From assembly GCA_040882605.1 (NCBI GenBank), contig JBBEAY010000023.1, positions 76,786 to 140,785 on the forward strand: a stretch of DNA of 64,000 nucleotides, written 5' to 3'. Below, one piece after another: positions 16,385-26,187 of this stretch. The DNA comes from Actinomycetota bacterium. GTDB lineage: Bacteria; Actinomycetota; UBA4738; HRBIN12. Below the pieces are notes generated by a model. That model was not told where the DNA came from, ran no database searches, and saw nothing but the letters and a program-made list of their open reading frames with translations. The translations under genes and the position numbers were made by a program. Within the stretch, counting starts at the first letter, position 1, and every line of letters begins with the position of its first letter.

Positions 16385-18085
16385 ATGTCGAAGGATTCCG
16401 ATGCGAACCCTGAACCGGGTTTGCGCTGGACGTTCCCGGTCTTCCGTTCCCTCGACGGCTACCGAAGGTCGTGGCTCGGCCGGGATCTGGTCGCCGGGAG
16501 CCTCATCGCCGCCGTGGCGATCCCGCTCAGCATGGGCATGGCCGAGGTGGCGGGCCTGCCGCCGGTCGTGGGGCTGTATAGCTGCGTGCTCCCTCTCGTC
16601 GCGTACGCGCTGCTCGGATCGAGCCGCCAGGTTGTCGTCGCGCTCGACGCCTCGACCGCCGCGATGCTCGCTGCCGCAGTGACTCCGCTCGCCGCAGGGC
16701 GGCCCGCGACCTACGCCGCGCTCGCGGGGCTCGTCGCCGTGTTGGTCGGCGTGATCCTGCTGGTGGCTGGTGTGCTCCGCCTCGGGTTCCTGGGGGACCT
16801 GCTCTCGCATCCCGTGCTGCTGGGGTATCAAGCGGGGCTCGCCGTCGTCGTCGCCGCTACCCAGCTTCCCAAGGTGCTCGGTTTCGATCTGAGGGCGAGC
16901 AGCAGCATCCAACAGCTCGGTGAGATCGCCCGCCGACTCGGCGAGACGAACGTGCCCACGCTGATCGTGGGTCTCGCATGCGTGGGAGTGATCGTCGGTG
17001 CACGCGTGTGGAGCGCCACCGTGCCGGGAGCACTCATCGCCGTGGCGCTCGCGACGGTGGCCGTCGATGTCTTCGACATGCAAACCCACGGTGTCGAGGT
17101 GCTCGGCGCACTCCCGTCGGGGTTGCCCGGCCTGACATGGCCTCCGTTCCGAGCGGAGGATCTCGCCTCCATCGCATTGCCGGCGGCGGGCATCGCACTG
17201 ATCGCCGCCGCCGACACGATCGTGTGCTCGCGGGTGTTCGCTGAACGCGGCGGCTACCGGGTCGACACGAACCGCGACCTCGTCGGGCTCGGAAGCGCCA
17301 ACCTCGCCTCGGGCCTGTCGGGCGGCATCTCGGTCAGCGCGAGTGCGGCCCGCACGGCCGTCGCGGAGTCGGTGGGGTCACGCTCGCAGATCGCAGGGGT
17401 GACGGCGGCCGTGCTGATGGCCGGGGTGTTGCTCTTCCTCACCGACCTGCTTCGGAGCCTGCCCATCGCGGCCCTTGCGGCCGTGGTGCTCGTGGCGGTG
17501 CTCCGGCTCATCGACCTCTCCGCGCTGGCGGCGCTGTGGCGGATCCGTCGCACCGAGTTGCTGATCGCCCTCGCGACGACCGTTGGCGCCATCATCGTCG
17601 GGCTGCTCGAGGGGATCGTGATCGCGGTGGTGCTGTCGATCCTCGACTTCATGAGACGCCGAGTCACACCTCACGAAGCCGTCATCGGGCTCGTCACTGA
17701 CCGGCAGGGGTTCTTCGACATCGATCGCTACCCCGGCGCGATCACCGAGCCGGGTCTCGTCGTGTACCGCTTCGACGGACCGCTCTTCTACGCCAACTCG
17801 GAGCGGTTCCTCGAGAGCGCGCGACGTCTCGTCGAGCAGGTCGACGTGAGGTGGTTCGTCGTCGACGCCTCGGCGATCTCCGATGTCGACGCTACCGCCG
17901 CGCGTATGCTCGTCGAGCTGCACCGGGAACTCGACGATCACGGGATCGCGCTGGCGCTGGTCGACCTCCTTGCCGGCGTCCGGGACATCCTTGAACGCGC
18001 CGACGTGCTCGAGCGCCTCGGCCCGCAGATGGTGTTCGACACGGCGGAAGACGCCGTCACGGCGTTTCGCGCGTCGGCCGATTGA
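16385..18085 (+). CDS. SulP-family anion (sulfate) permease with C-terminal STAS domain
   Basis: 566 aa with the typical SulP N-terminal motif (LVAGSLIAAVAIPLSMGMAEVAGLPPVVGLYS) and a STAS region (VVYRFDGPLFYANSERF). Confidence 0.93.
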   Translation: MSKDSDANPEPGLRWTFPVFRSLDGYRRSWLGRDLVAGSLIAAVAIPLSMGMAEVAGLPPVVGLYSCVLPLVAYALLGSSRQVVVALDASTAAMLAAAVTPLAAGRPATYAALAGLVAVLVGVILLVAGVLRLGFLGDLLSHPVLLGYQAGLAVVVAATQLPKVLGFDLRASSSIQQLGEIARRLGETNVPTLIVGLACVGVIVGARVWSATVPGALIAVALATVAVDVFDMQTHGVEVLGALPSGLPGLTWPPFRAEDLASIALPAAGIALIAAADTIVCSRVFAERGGYRVDTNRDLVGLGSANLASGLSGGISVSASAARTAVAESVGSRSQIAGVTAAVLMAGVLLFLTDLLRSLPIAALAAVVLVAVLRLIDLSALAALWRIRRTELLIALATTVGAIIVGLLEGIVIAVVLSILDFMRRRVTPHEAVIGLVTDRQGFFDIDRYPGAITEPGLVVYRFDGPLFYANSERFLESARRLVEQVDVRWFVVDASAISDVDATAARMLVELHRELDDHGIALALVDLLAGVRDILERADVLERLGPQMVFDTAEDAVTAFRASAD

Positions 18086-18471
18086 GTTTCGAGCTCTCTG
18101 GGAGCGACGATCTCAGTCGGCGAGCACCTCGGCTATCTGCTCACCGGCGCCTGGACCGGCCTCGTCGGGATCGCCGTCCTGCAGGGCGTTGCGGTCGCGA
18201 CCTGGCTCGGTTGGGTGGCGCTCCCGATCGGAGCTGGTCTGGTTCTCGCCTCGGCCGAGTTCCTAGGTCCGAACGAGGAGAAGGGATGGGAGCTCGCAGG
18301 CAAGGCGGCGCTGCGCGAACGACAGACGAGAGAGGGCCGGCGCAACTCCTGGGGGTTCTGGGAATCTCCATGTTCCGCAGAAGGACCGGTACCAGACCAG
18401 ATTCCGCCACCAGGTCTGCGCTCTCAACCCTATGATTCCCGATCGGTCGTCAGTGTGGCGGCAACTTCAGG

Positions 18472-20403
18472 ATGGGGGAGAGAGCAACGCGTTCTATCAA
18501 GTCGGCCAAGGGCTCGGGCGGTCACCAGGTGCACGCGGCCGGGAGGTTCCGCTCACCAGGAAATCTGACCTTCCTCTGGCTCGGCGCGTCGGTGGTCGGC
18601 GTCGTGGCCGGTGCTCTCCTGTGGTTGGCGGGTATGGAGGGCGCCGCCGATCTGGCGTGGGCCGTGACGACGACCATCGCATCGGTGCCGCTGCTCATAG
18701 GGGTCGTGGCCGGCCTCGTCAAACGGACCGCGGGTGTGGATATCATCGCGGCGCTCGCGATCGTGGGCTCGCTGGCGCTCGGTGAGTACCTGGCGGGCGC
18801 CATCATCGCGCTCATGCTCGCGAGCGGACGGGCACTTGAGACCTTCGCCAATCGGCGGGCCCGACGCGATCTCTCGTCCTTGCTCGAGCGGGCACCCCGC
18901 ACGGTCACCCGGTACGAAGACGGCCGACTGGTGTCCCTGCCTGTCGGAGATGTTCACGAAGGGAACCTTCTCCTCGTCAAGTCGGGGGATGTGGTCCCCG
19001 TGGACGGCGTCGTGGAAGGATCTCCTGCGGTCCTCGATGACTCGGCGCTGTCCGGGGAATCACGGCCCGTGGTGCGCGATGCTGGAGCCCCGGTGAGTTC
19101 CGGGGCGGTGAACGCCGGTTCTGCATTCGATCTGCGAGCCACCGCGACAGCCGAGCGGAGCACGTACGCCGGCATCGTTCGGTTGGTGCGAGAGGCTGAG
19201 GCCTCCAAAGCTCCGGCCGCACGCCTCGCCGACCGCTACGCGGCGATCTTCGTGCCTGTGGCGTTGGCGCTCGCAGGCGCTGCATGGGCGGTGTCGGGCG
19301 ACCCCAGCAGAGCGCTCTCGGTGCTCGTGGTCGCGACCCCTTGTCCTCTGATCCTGGCGGTACCCGTTGCGATCGTGGCTGGCATCTCTCGCGCCGCCAG
19401 ACTCGGCATCATCGTCAAGGGCGGGGGCGCACTGGAGACACTGGGCCGCGGCCGAGTCCTGCTGTTCGACAAGACGGGAACGCTCACGATGGGGATGCCT
19501 CACGTGGCGGATGTTGAGGCCTTCGGTGAGATCGACCCGGCGGAGCTGCTCCGCTTGGCAGCCTCCCTGGACCAGGTCTCATCACACGTGTTCGCCGGGG
19601 CGATCGTCGCTGCCGCACACGAGCGAGAGCTCCCGCTCAGCTTCCCCGAGACCGTCGATGAGAGGCATGGAGCCGGGATCAGAGGCCATGTCGATGGGCG
19701 GGCGGTGGCGGTAGGCACGGCGGATCATGTGAGGGCCGAAACGCCCCTTCCGGCTCGTGCGCACGACGTGCGCGCCCGCTGCGAGCTCGATGGTTCCTCG
19801 TGCGCTTTCGTGGGTCTCGATGGCTCGGTGTCCGGCGCCATCGTGATCGACGACCCCGTTCGACCGGAGGCGCCAGGGGTGATCAGATCGCTGCGACGAG
19901 CGGGGATCGAGCGAGTGATCATGGTCACGGGAGACCACTCCGATGTGGCGCGGTCGGTCGCGGCCTCTCTGGGCGTCGACCAAGTCCTCTCCGAGCTCTC
20001 TCCCCAGGAGAAGATCGAGGCTGCTGAGGCCGAACGACGCGGCGGCCTCACGACGATCATGGTCGGTGACGGGATCAACGACGCGCCTGCCCTGGCTGCG
20101 GCTGATGTCGGGGTCGCGATGGGTGCGCGAGGTGCGACGGCTTCTTCCGAAGCCGCCGACGTCGTCCTCGTGGCGGACCGACTCGACCGGCTGGTCGACG
20201 CCGTGACCATCGCACAGCGGTCCAGGTCGATCGCCATCCAGAGCGCGGTCCTCGGCATGGGGCTCGCGTTCGGGTTCATGCTCCTCGGCGCCTTCGGGCT
20301 TTTCGGGCCCGTGGGAGGCGCTGTCGTGCAAGAGTTCATCGACGTAGCCGCCATCCTCAATGCGTTGCGAGCGCTGGGCGATCAGCGCCGATCTCGGAGG
20401 TAG
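18472..20403 (+). CDS. P1B-type heavy-metal P-type ATPase with a TPCP transmembrane motif and no N-terminal metal-binding domain
   Basis: Contains FDKTGTLT, VGDGINDAPAL and the TM motif VVATPCPLILAVP. No CxxC HMA domain and no C-terminal extension. Confidence 0.93.
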   Translation: MGERATRSIKSAKGSGGHQVHAAGRFRSPGNLTFLWLGASVVGVVAGALLWLAGMEGAADLAWAVTTTIASVPLLIGVVAGLVKRTAGVDIIAALAIVGSLALGEYLAGAIIALMLASGRALETFANRRARRDLSSLLERAPRTVTRYEDGRLVSLPVGDVHEGNLLLVKSGDVVPVDGVVEGSPAVLDDSALSGESRPVVRDAGAPVSSGAVNAGSAFDLRATATAERSTYAGIVRLVREAEASKAPAARLADRYAAIFVPVALALAGAAWAVSGDPSRALSVLVVATPCPLILAVPVAIVAGISRAARLGIIVKGGGALETLGRGRVLLFDKTGTLTMGMPHVADVEAFGEIDPAELLRLAASLDQVSSHVFAGAIVAAAHERELPLSFPETVDERHGAGIRGHVDGRAVAVGTADHVRAETPLPARAHDVRARCELDGSSCAFVGLDGSVSGAIVIDDPVRPEAPGVIRSLRRAGIERVIMVTGDHSDVARSVAASLGVDQVLSELSPQEKIEAAEAERRGGLTTIMVGDGINDAPALAAADVGVAMGARGATASSEAADVVLVADRLDRLVDAVTIAQRSRSIAIQSAVLGMGLAFGFMLLGAFGLFGPVGGAVVQEFIDVAAILNALRALGDQRRSRR

Positions 20404-20834
20404 ACGAACCAATGGACGAGGCCGACCAAGAGTGCTCCGCCGGACGGGAGCGAAGTCTTCGCGGCAGCGATCGACAGAGCGGTCGCACCGACTGCGCCGT
20501 CGGACTGTTTCCACCATTCGGGCAGCCACACCATGAGCGCGATGCCGAGGGCACCGATTAGGTTGCCGACGTAGACCGGGGCCCAGTCCCCGGACCCTGG
20601 CGTCGAGCCGGTGAGGATCGTCGTCGACAGGACGGCCGCGAGACCGATGAACGCCCAGGCCAGGACTCCGACACGAAGGTCGATAAGACGGGTGCGTTCG
20701 CCTTCGCGACCCCGCGTCTCAACGAGAGCCGAGGTCTCGTTCGGGGCGAAGGAGAGCGCTCGCACCACTGGCCGGATGGCCCGACGGTGATGGGTCGCGG
20801 CCTCCCGAACACGGGCCACTCGGCCCTGACTCAT
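20382..20834 (-). CDS. hypothetical membrane protein
   Basis: 150 aa with 3 predicted TM helices. Its 3-prime end overlaps the convergent ATPase gene by 22 nt. Confidence 0.5.
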   Translation of the reverse strand: MSQGRVARVREAATHHRRAIRPVVRALSFAPNETSALVETRGREGERTRLIDLRVGVLAWAFIGLAAVLSTTILTGSTPGSGDWAPVYVGNLIGALGIALMVWLPEWWKQSDGAVGATALSIAAAKTSLPSGGALLVGLVHWFVYLRDRR

Positions 20835-20909
20835 GGACCCGCTTCGACCAAAATGACGAGAGAGGTCCGGCCGTGGGCCCGGGCGTGATCCGAGAGGAGG
20901 ACGAGGACG

Positions 20910-21590
20910 ATGACACGGCTCGTACGTGATGTCATGAAGCCTGAGGCGATCTCGATCGGGCGGGGTGCCGCATTCTAAGGATGTCGCCCGGTTGATGTCC
21001 CATCACCGGCTGAGTGCCCTGCCGGTCGTCGACGACGACGAGCGTGTGGTCGGGGTCGTGTCAGAGACCGATCTCATCGTGCGTGACGAGACGTTCGGGC
21101 GACCGCATGTGGTCGAGGGTCGCAGGGTCCGATCGCTACGTCGGAAGGAGCCCAGGCCGTTGCGGTCCACGACCTGATGACAGCGCCCGCGATCACGATC
21201 GGACCCGAGGCGTGCCTGGCGGAGGCAGCCGGCCTGATGCGCAGACATAGGGCGAAGATCCTGCCCGTCTGCGACCCGAGCGGTCGTCTCCTCGGAGTGG
21301 TGTCGCGGTTGGATCTCGTTCGTGAGTTCCTGCGTGACGATGCAGAGATCGCCGAAGAAGTGACCCACGTGCTGCAGCGAGAGATGTCGATCCCTGCGAG
21401 TGCGGTCCACGCAACTGTGAACGAGGGTATCGTGACCCTCGAAGGCCAGGTCGAACGCTGTTCGCAGGTTCCGTCGATCGTCGACCGAGTCCGACGCATC
21501 GCTGGAACGGTCGAGGTAGTCACCAGGCTCAATCGGATCGAGGATGACACGCTCCTCGAGTTCGGCCCTCTTCCCAGGGTTGGATGGTGA
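20910..21590 (+). pseudogene. CBS-pair + BON domain protein interrupted by two frameshifts
   Basis: Three consecutive frames carry parts of one protein. MTRLVRDVMKPEAISIGRGAAF stops at 20976-20978. KDVARLMSHHRLSALPVVDDDERVVGVVSETDLI follows in frame +1. AVAVHDLMTAPAITIGPE...VTLEGQVE...VVTRL (second CBS plus BON) follows in the 21177 frame. Confidence 0.7.
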
Positions 21591-21609
21591 TCACCACGGA
21601 ACGAGCGGG

Positions 21610-24426
21610 GTGCACGTGGCGAACGAGAATCATCGCGTAGCTATCCCACCGTCCCCACCTGAGCCCTCCCTGACCCTGAAGGTCGCCGCCAGGCTCGAGA
21701 TCAAGGCGCTGATGCAACTCCTCCGGACACGGGCGGAGGGCCTGTCGGCGGAGGAAGCGGCAGCGGTCCTCCACCTCGTTGGTCCCAACCGTCTTCCCCA
21801 ACCGGCGGGCCGCGGTCTCATCGCGAAGCTGGTGTCTCAACTGACGCACTTCTTCGCGGTGATGCTCTGGCTGGCGTCCGTCCTCGCGATGATCGGCGGC
21901 ATGCCGCAGCTGGGGATCGCGATCGTCCTCGTCGTCCTCGTCAACGGTGTCTTCAGCTTCGCGCAGGAAGAACGGGCGGCAAAGGCAGCAGCGGCGATCG
22001 TGGAGCTGATGCCGGCGGTGGCCGACGTCATGCGAGACGGTCGCAGGTCTCGCGTCGACGCCGAGGCACTCGTGCCGGGCGACATCGTCCTCCTCGGGGA
22101 AGGCAACCGGATCTCGGCCGACGCCCGGCTGATCGCCACGGACGGGCTCTTGGTCGACACGTCGACCCTGACAGGGGAGTCGGTGCCCGTGGCGCGGACG
22201 GCCTCGGTACTAGACAGCAACCCGGAGCCATCGTCCGACGCCGAGAATCTGGTGTTCGCCGGGACGCACGTGGTCGCGGGATCCGCAGCGGCTATCGTGT
22301 TGCGAACCGGCTCTGCGACCGTGCTCGGGAGCATCGCGCAGATGACGGGGAACGTGGTCCGCCGACCCACCCCACTTCAGACGGACCTCCACCGCACGGT
22401 GAAGATCGTTGCTGCGTTCGCCGTCACCGCGGGCGTGCTCTTCTTCGGGGTGTCCCTCGGGCTCGGAACCCCCGTGCGGGACGGGTTCCTGTTCGCGGTC
22501 GGCGTGATCGTCGCGCTCGTGCCCGAAGGACTGTTGCCGACCGTCACGCTCGCGCTGGCCATGAGCGCGTTGCGGATGTCCCGCAGGGGAGCACTGGTTC
22601 GTCGATCCGAGTCGGTCGAGACCCTCGGGGCCACCACGGTCATCTGCTCCGACAAGACGGGGACGATGACGACGAACCAGATGACGGTTCGGGTGCTTGC
22701 GACGGAGATGGACCTGATCGAGGCCACCGGACTCGGTTGGCGACCGGGGGGTTCACTCTTCGCGCGGGGTCGCCCGGTCTCCGCGACTGATCAGGTCCGT
22801 CTGTCGCCGATCCTGCGGGCGGCCGCGCTGTGCGGTGACGCCGAGCTCGAGGAAGGGGAGGGCAAGTGGCGCTGCGTCGGGGACCCGACGGAGGGGGCGC
22901 TCGTCGCGTTCGCTCGGAAGGGAGGCGTCGGTCGCGAGGAGGAAGCAAGGCGCACTCCACGCGTTCGGAGCTTTCCCTTCGATTCGCGTCGGATGCGGAT
23001 GAGCACGCTGCACGCCCTGCCGGACGGCTCGTTCGAGCTCTTGGTAAAGGGAGCGCCAGAATCGGTGCTGCACGGATGCAGCCTCGAGCTCGTCGGCGAT
23101 CAGAACGAACCGATGGATGCCGCTCGCACCGCTGGCGTGCTCGCTCGAGTTGATGCGTTGTCAGGCCACGGCCTCCGCGTCTTGGCTCTTGCTAGGAGAG
23201 CGGTGACCCCCTCTGCCGCTCCCGGTTCCTCGGCGGATGCCGAGTGTTCGATGACGCTCCTTGGTCTCGTCGGGTTGGAGGATCCGATCCGCCCGGAGGT
23301 GCCTTCGGCGATAGCGCGCTGCCGTGAGGCGGGGATCAGGGTCGTGATGGTCACCGGGGACCATCCACACACCGCCTCGTCGGTTGCCCGGTCCGTGGGT
23401 ATCGACGGCGATCGTCTCCTGCTGGGCTCAGCACTTCCAGAGGACGATGACGAGCTTCGCGACGCCCTGGCCGATGTCCGTCTCGGCATCCTCGCGCGGA
23501 TCGGTCCAGAGCAGAAACTGCGGATCGCGGCGGCCTTGCAGCGAGCCGGCCACGTCGTCGCGATGACGGGCGACGGTGTGAACGACGCCCCGGCACTTCG
23601 GCAAGCCGACATCGGTGTCGCGATGGGCATCACGGGCACCGATGTCGCGAGGGAAGCTGCCGACCTGGTCCTGCTCGATGACAACTTCGCGCACATCGTC
23701 GAGGCCGTCGAGGAAGGTCGAGGCGCCTTCGACAACACGCGGCACTTCCTCACCTACCACCTCACGGACAACGTCGCGGAGCTCGCTCCCTTCGTCGTGT
23801 GGGCGCTCTCCGGCGGCAGGATCCCACTGCTGTTGACCGTGCTTCAGGTGCTTGCCCTCGACATCGGGACCGACCTGTTGCCCGCCTTGGCGCTGGGCGC
23901 TGAACGGCCGGCGCCCGGCACGATGCAGCGTCATCCGCGCAGCGGATTTGAACACCTGCTGGATCGATCCGTGCTTCTGCGTGCCTTTGGTTGGCTCGGG
24001 CCCATCGAGGCGATCGTGTCGATCGGTGCTGCCCTCGTGACTGCTGCGGCGTTGTTCGGGTGGAGTGTCGGTGAGTCCCTTCCCTCCACCGGACGGGAGT
24101 TGGCCACCATGAGCGGCGTTCTCTTCTCGTCCATCGTGTCGATGCAGATGGCCAACGCTTTCGGTTGCCGCAGCGACACGGCCTCGGCCCTCAGCGACGT
24201 CCTCGGGAACCGGCTGCTGCTCATCGCGGTCGGGGTAGAGGCGTTCGCGCTCGCCGGCTTCCTATACGTGCCGGTGATTTCGCGAGCGCTCGGGGGCGGG
24301 TCTCCGACGGCTGTCGGTTGGCTGATCGTGTTGACGACTCCTCTGATCCTGGCCGGCGCGGAAGAAGCGAGGAAGGCCTGGTCGCGCCGGTGCCACCGCG
24401 GACGCGGAAGGACCCACCTCCTCTAG
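21610..24426 (+). CDS. P2-type cation-transporting P-type ATPase (CtpF/Ca-ATPase-like)
   Basis: Contains ICSDKTGTMTTNQM, the TM4 PEGL motif and MTGDGVNDAPAL. The start is uncertain (GTG at 21610 or 21616, chosen to avoid overlap with the upstream BON domain). Confidence 0.9.
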   Translation: MHVANENHRVAIPPSPPEPSLTLKVAARLEIKALMQLLRTRAEGLSAEEAAAVLHLVGPNRLPQPAGRGLIAKLVSQLTHFFAVMLWLASVLAMIGGMPQLGIAIVLVVLVNGVFSFAQEERAAKAAAAIVELMPAVADVMRDGRRSRVDAEALVPGDIVLLGEGNRISADARLIATDGLLVDTSTLTGESVPVARTASVLDSNPEPSSDAENLVFAGTHVVAGSAAAIVLRTGSATVLGSIAQMTGNVVRRPTPLQTDLHRTVKIVAAFAVTAGVLFFGVSLGLGTPVRDGFLFAVGVIVALVPEGLLPTVTLALAMSALRMSRRGALVRRSESVETLGATTVICSDKTGTMTTNQMTVRVLATEMDLIEATGLGWRPGGSLFARGRPVSATDQVRLSPILRAAALCGDAELEEGEGKWRCVGDPTEGALVAFARKGGVGREEEARRTPRVRSFPFDSRRMRMSTLHALPDGSFELLVKGAPESVLHGCSLELVGDQNEPMDAARTAGVLARVDALSGHGLRVLALARRAVTPSAAPGSSADAECSMTLLGLVGLEDPIRPEVPSAIARCREAGIRVVMVTGDHPHTASSVARSVGIDGDRLLLGSALPEDDDELRDALADVRLGILARIGPEQKLRIAAALQRAGHVVAMTGDGVNDAPALRQADIGVAMGITGTDVAREAADLVLLDDNFAHIVEAVEEGRGAFDNTRHFLTYHLTDNVAELAPFVVWALSGGRIPLLLTVLQVLALDIGTDLLPALALGAERPAPGTMQRHPRSGFEHLLDRSVLLRAFGWLGPIEAIVSIGAALVTAAALFGWSVGESLPSTGRELATMSGVLFSSIVSMQMANAFGCRSDTASALSDVLGNRLLLIAVGVEAFALAGFLYVPVISRALGGGSPTAVGWLIVLTTPLILAGAEEARKAWSRRCHRGRGRTHLL

Positions 24427-24478
24427 GAGGTGGGTCCGGGTCGGAGGTGGTGTCCTTCCTGGTCGGTGCTCGACCTCC

Positions 24479-25813
24479 TCAGATCGCGTAGGAGTGTTCG
24501 ACTCCGACGAGGATCGGTGCGAGCACATCCTTCAGCCTCGGCGATCCTGTTTCCTCCAGTCGGTATGTCACGCGCGCGGTCGGCTGCTGGATCTGGATCA
24601 CGTGACGGAGATCCATCGGTGTGCCGATCACCACCGTGTCGCACGGTGTCTGCGCGATCGTCTCCTCCAGCTCCTTGAGCTGGCTGGGGGAGTAACCCTG
24701 TGCTGGAAGCACGGCGCCGACGTCGTAGCGCTCGAACACCTCCGCGATCGTGCCGTGCGCGTAGGGGCGAGGGTCGACGATCTCGGCTGCGCCGGCCCGT
24801 TGGGCTGCCACGGTCCCGGCGCCGAACTTCATGCCCCCGTGGGTCAGCGTTGGTCCGTCTTCGACGACCAGCACACGCTTGCCTGTCACGAGCTCGGGCT
24901 CGTCCAGCGTCAGCGCGCTGTTCGCGTGCAGGATGTCGGCCTCGGGATTCAGCTCTCGGACCGAGGCCTCCACCTCGAGCACCTTCTCGGGCGAAGCGAC
25001 GTCCACCTTGTTGATCAGCACGACGTCGGCCATACGGACGTTGGCCTCACCAGGGTGGTAGGCGCGCTCGTGGCCCGGGCGTAGCGGATCGGTGATCGTG
25101 ATGTGGACGTCGGGTCGGTAGAACGGCAGGTCGTTGTTGCCGCCGTCCCACAGCAGGACATCGCACTCCTGCTGCGCGTCCTCGAGGATCGCGCCGTAGT
25201 CGACGCCCGCGTACACGATCGTGCCCTCACGGATGTGTGCTTCGTACTCTTCCCGTTCCTCCACCGTGACGCCCGCTGTGTCCAGATCCTGGAGCGTGGC
25301 GAAGCGTTGGACGCGCTCGGCAACCAGGTCGCCGTAGGGCATCGGGTGTCGCACCGCGACCACACGCAGACCTTCGTGCTTCAGCAGGTCGGCGATGTAC
25401 CTCGTCGTCTGGCTCTTGCCGCAACCGGTTCGCACGGCGCAGATGGCTACCACCGGCACCGAGGCAGTGAGCATCGTTGCCTCCGGCCCGAGCAGCGTGA
25501 AGTTGGCGCCCGCCGCCATGACCTCGCTCGCCTTGTGCATCACGTACTCGTACGACACGTCGGAGTACGCGAACACGACATCGTCGACCTTCCGGTCCGC
25601 GATGAGGTCCGCGAGCTCCTCTTCAGGGTGGATCTCGATGCCGTTCGGATACCGTGGCCCGGCGAGCTGCGCCGGGTAGACGCGGTCGTCGATGAACGGG
25701 ATCTGGGCCGCCGTGAAGGCGACCACCTCGGTCAGCGGGTCGTCCCGGTAGACCACGTTGAAGTTGTGGAAGTCGCGACCCGCGGCTCCCATGATGATGA
25801 TTCGTCGCTGCAT
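24479..25813 (-). CDS. cyclic 2,3-diphosphoglycerate synthase-like P-loop protein
   Basis: N-terminus RIIIMGAAGRDFHNFNVVYRDDP and P-loop GCGKSQTT. The ATG at 25813 is favoured because AGGAAGGGG lies 9 nt upstream (the ORF opens at 25822). Confidence 0.85.
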   Translation of the reverse strand: MQRRIIIMGAAGRDFHNFNVVYRDDPLTEVVAFTAAQIPFIDDRVYPAQLAGPRYPNGIEIHPEEELADLIADRKVDDVVFAYSDVSYEYVMHKASEVMAAGANFTLLGPEATMLTASVPVVAICAVRTGCGKSQTTRYIADLLKHEGLRVVAVRHPMPYGDLVAERVQRFATLQDLDTAGVTVEEREEYEAHIREGTIVYAGVDYGAILEDAQQECDVLLWDGGNNDLPFYRPDVHITITDPLRPGHERAYHPGEANVRMADVVLINKVDVASPEKVLEVEASVRELNPEADILHANSALTLDEPELVTGKRVLVVEDGPTLTHGGMKFGAGTVAAQRAGAAEIVDPRPYAHGTIAEVFERYDVGAVLPAQGYSPSQLKELEETIAQTPCDTVVIGTPMDLRHVIQIQQPTARVTYRLEETGSPRLKDVLAPILVGVEHSYAI

Positions 25814-25826
25814 GACCACCATCCCC

Positions 25827-25872
25827 TTCCTGTAGGTGATGCCTTCACGTTCCTGTAGGTGATGCCTTCACG
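25827..25872. repeat. perfect 23-bp tandem duplication (2 copies) in the 5-prime leader of the cpgS-like gene
   Basis: TTCCTGTAGGTGATGCCTTCACG occurs at 25827-25849 and again at 25850-25872. Confidence 0.95.
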
Positions 25873-26187
25873 CTAGGCGCGCGAGCATCGCTCAGCCCGG
25901 GTCGATGGTCCCGAAGGTAGACGGACTGCTGGCCCTGGGTCCCTCGTGGTCGGTGCTGCGGTCGATCCGTTCCTGGCCGAGTGGGCCCCGGGAGCGTCGG
26001 TGCGGTGTCTCGAGCGTCATGACCGCCTTCCTTGTCCGCCCCCAGGATGCGCGCCTCGAGGGGCCCACAGCGACCGGGTGGCCCCCAGCCGGTGGGACCT
26101 TCAGCAGGGGGCCGGGTGGTGTCCGGCTCTTACGCTCAGAGCAGGAAGGGAGGAGCGACCTCTCCGCCCATGAGAAGGAGGGACAGA

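Noticed and set aside
25827-25872. CRISPR-like arrays, considered for this repeat and for the repeats at 42879-42932, 47937-47975 and 50191-50235.
   Set aside because: All are directly abutting tandem duplications with no spacers, present in 2-4 copies, and no cas genes are in the window.
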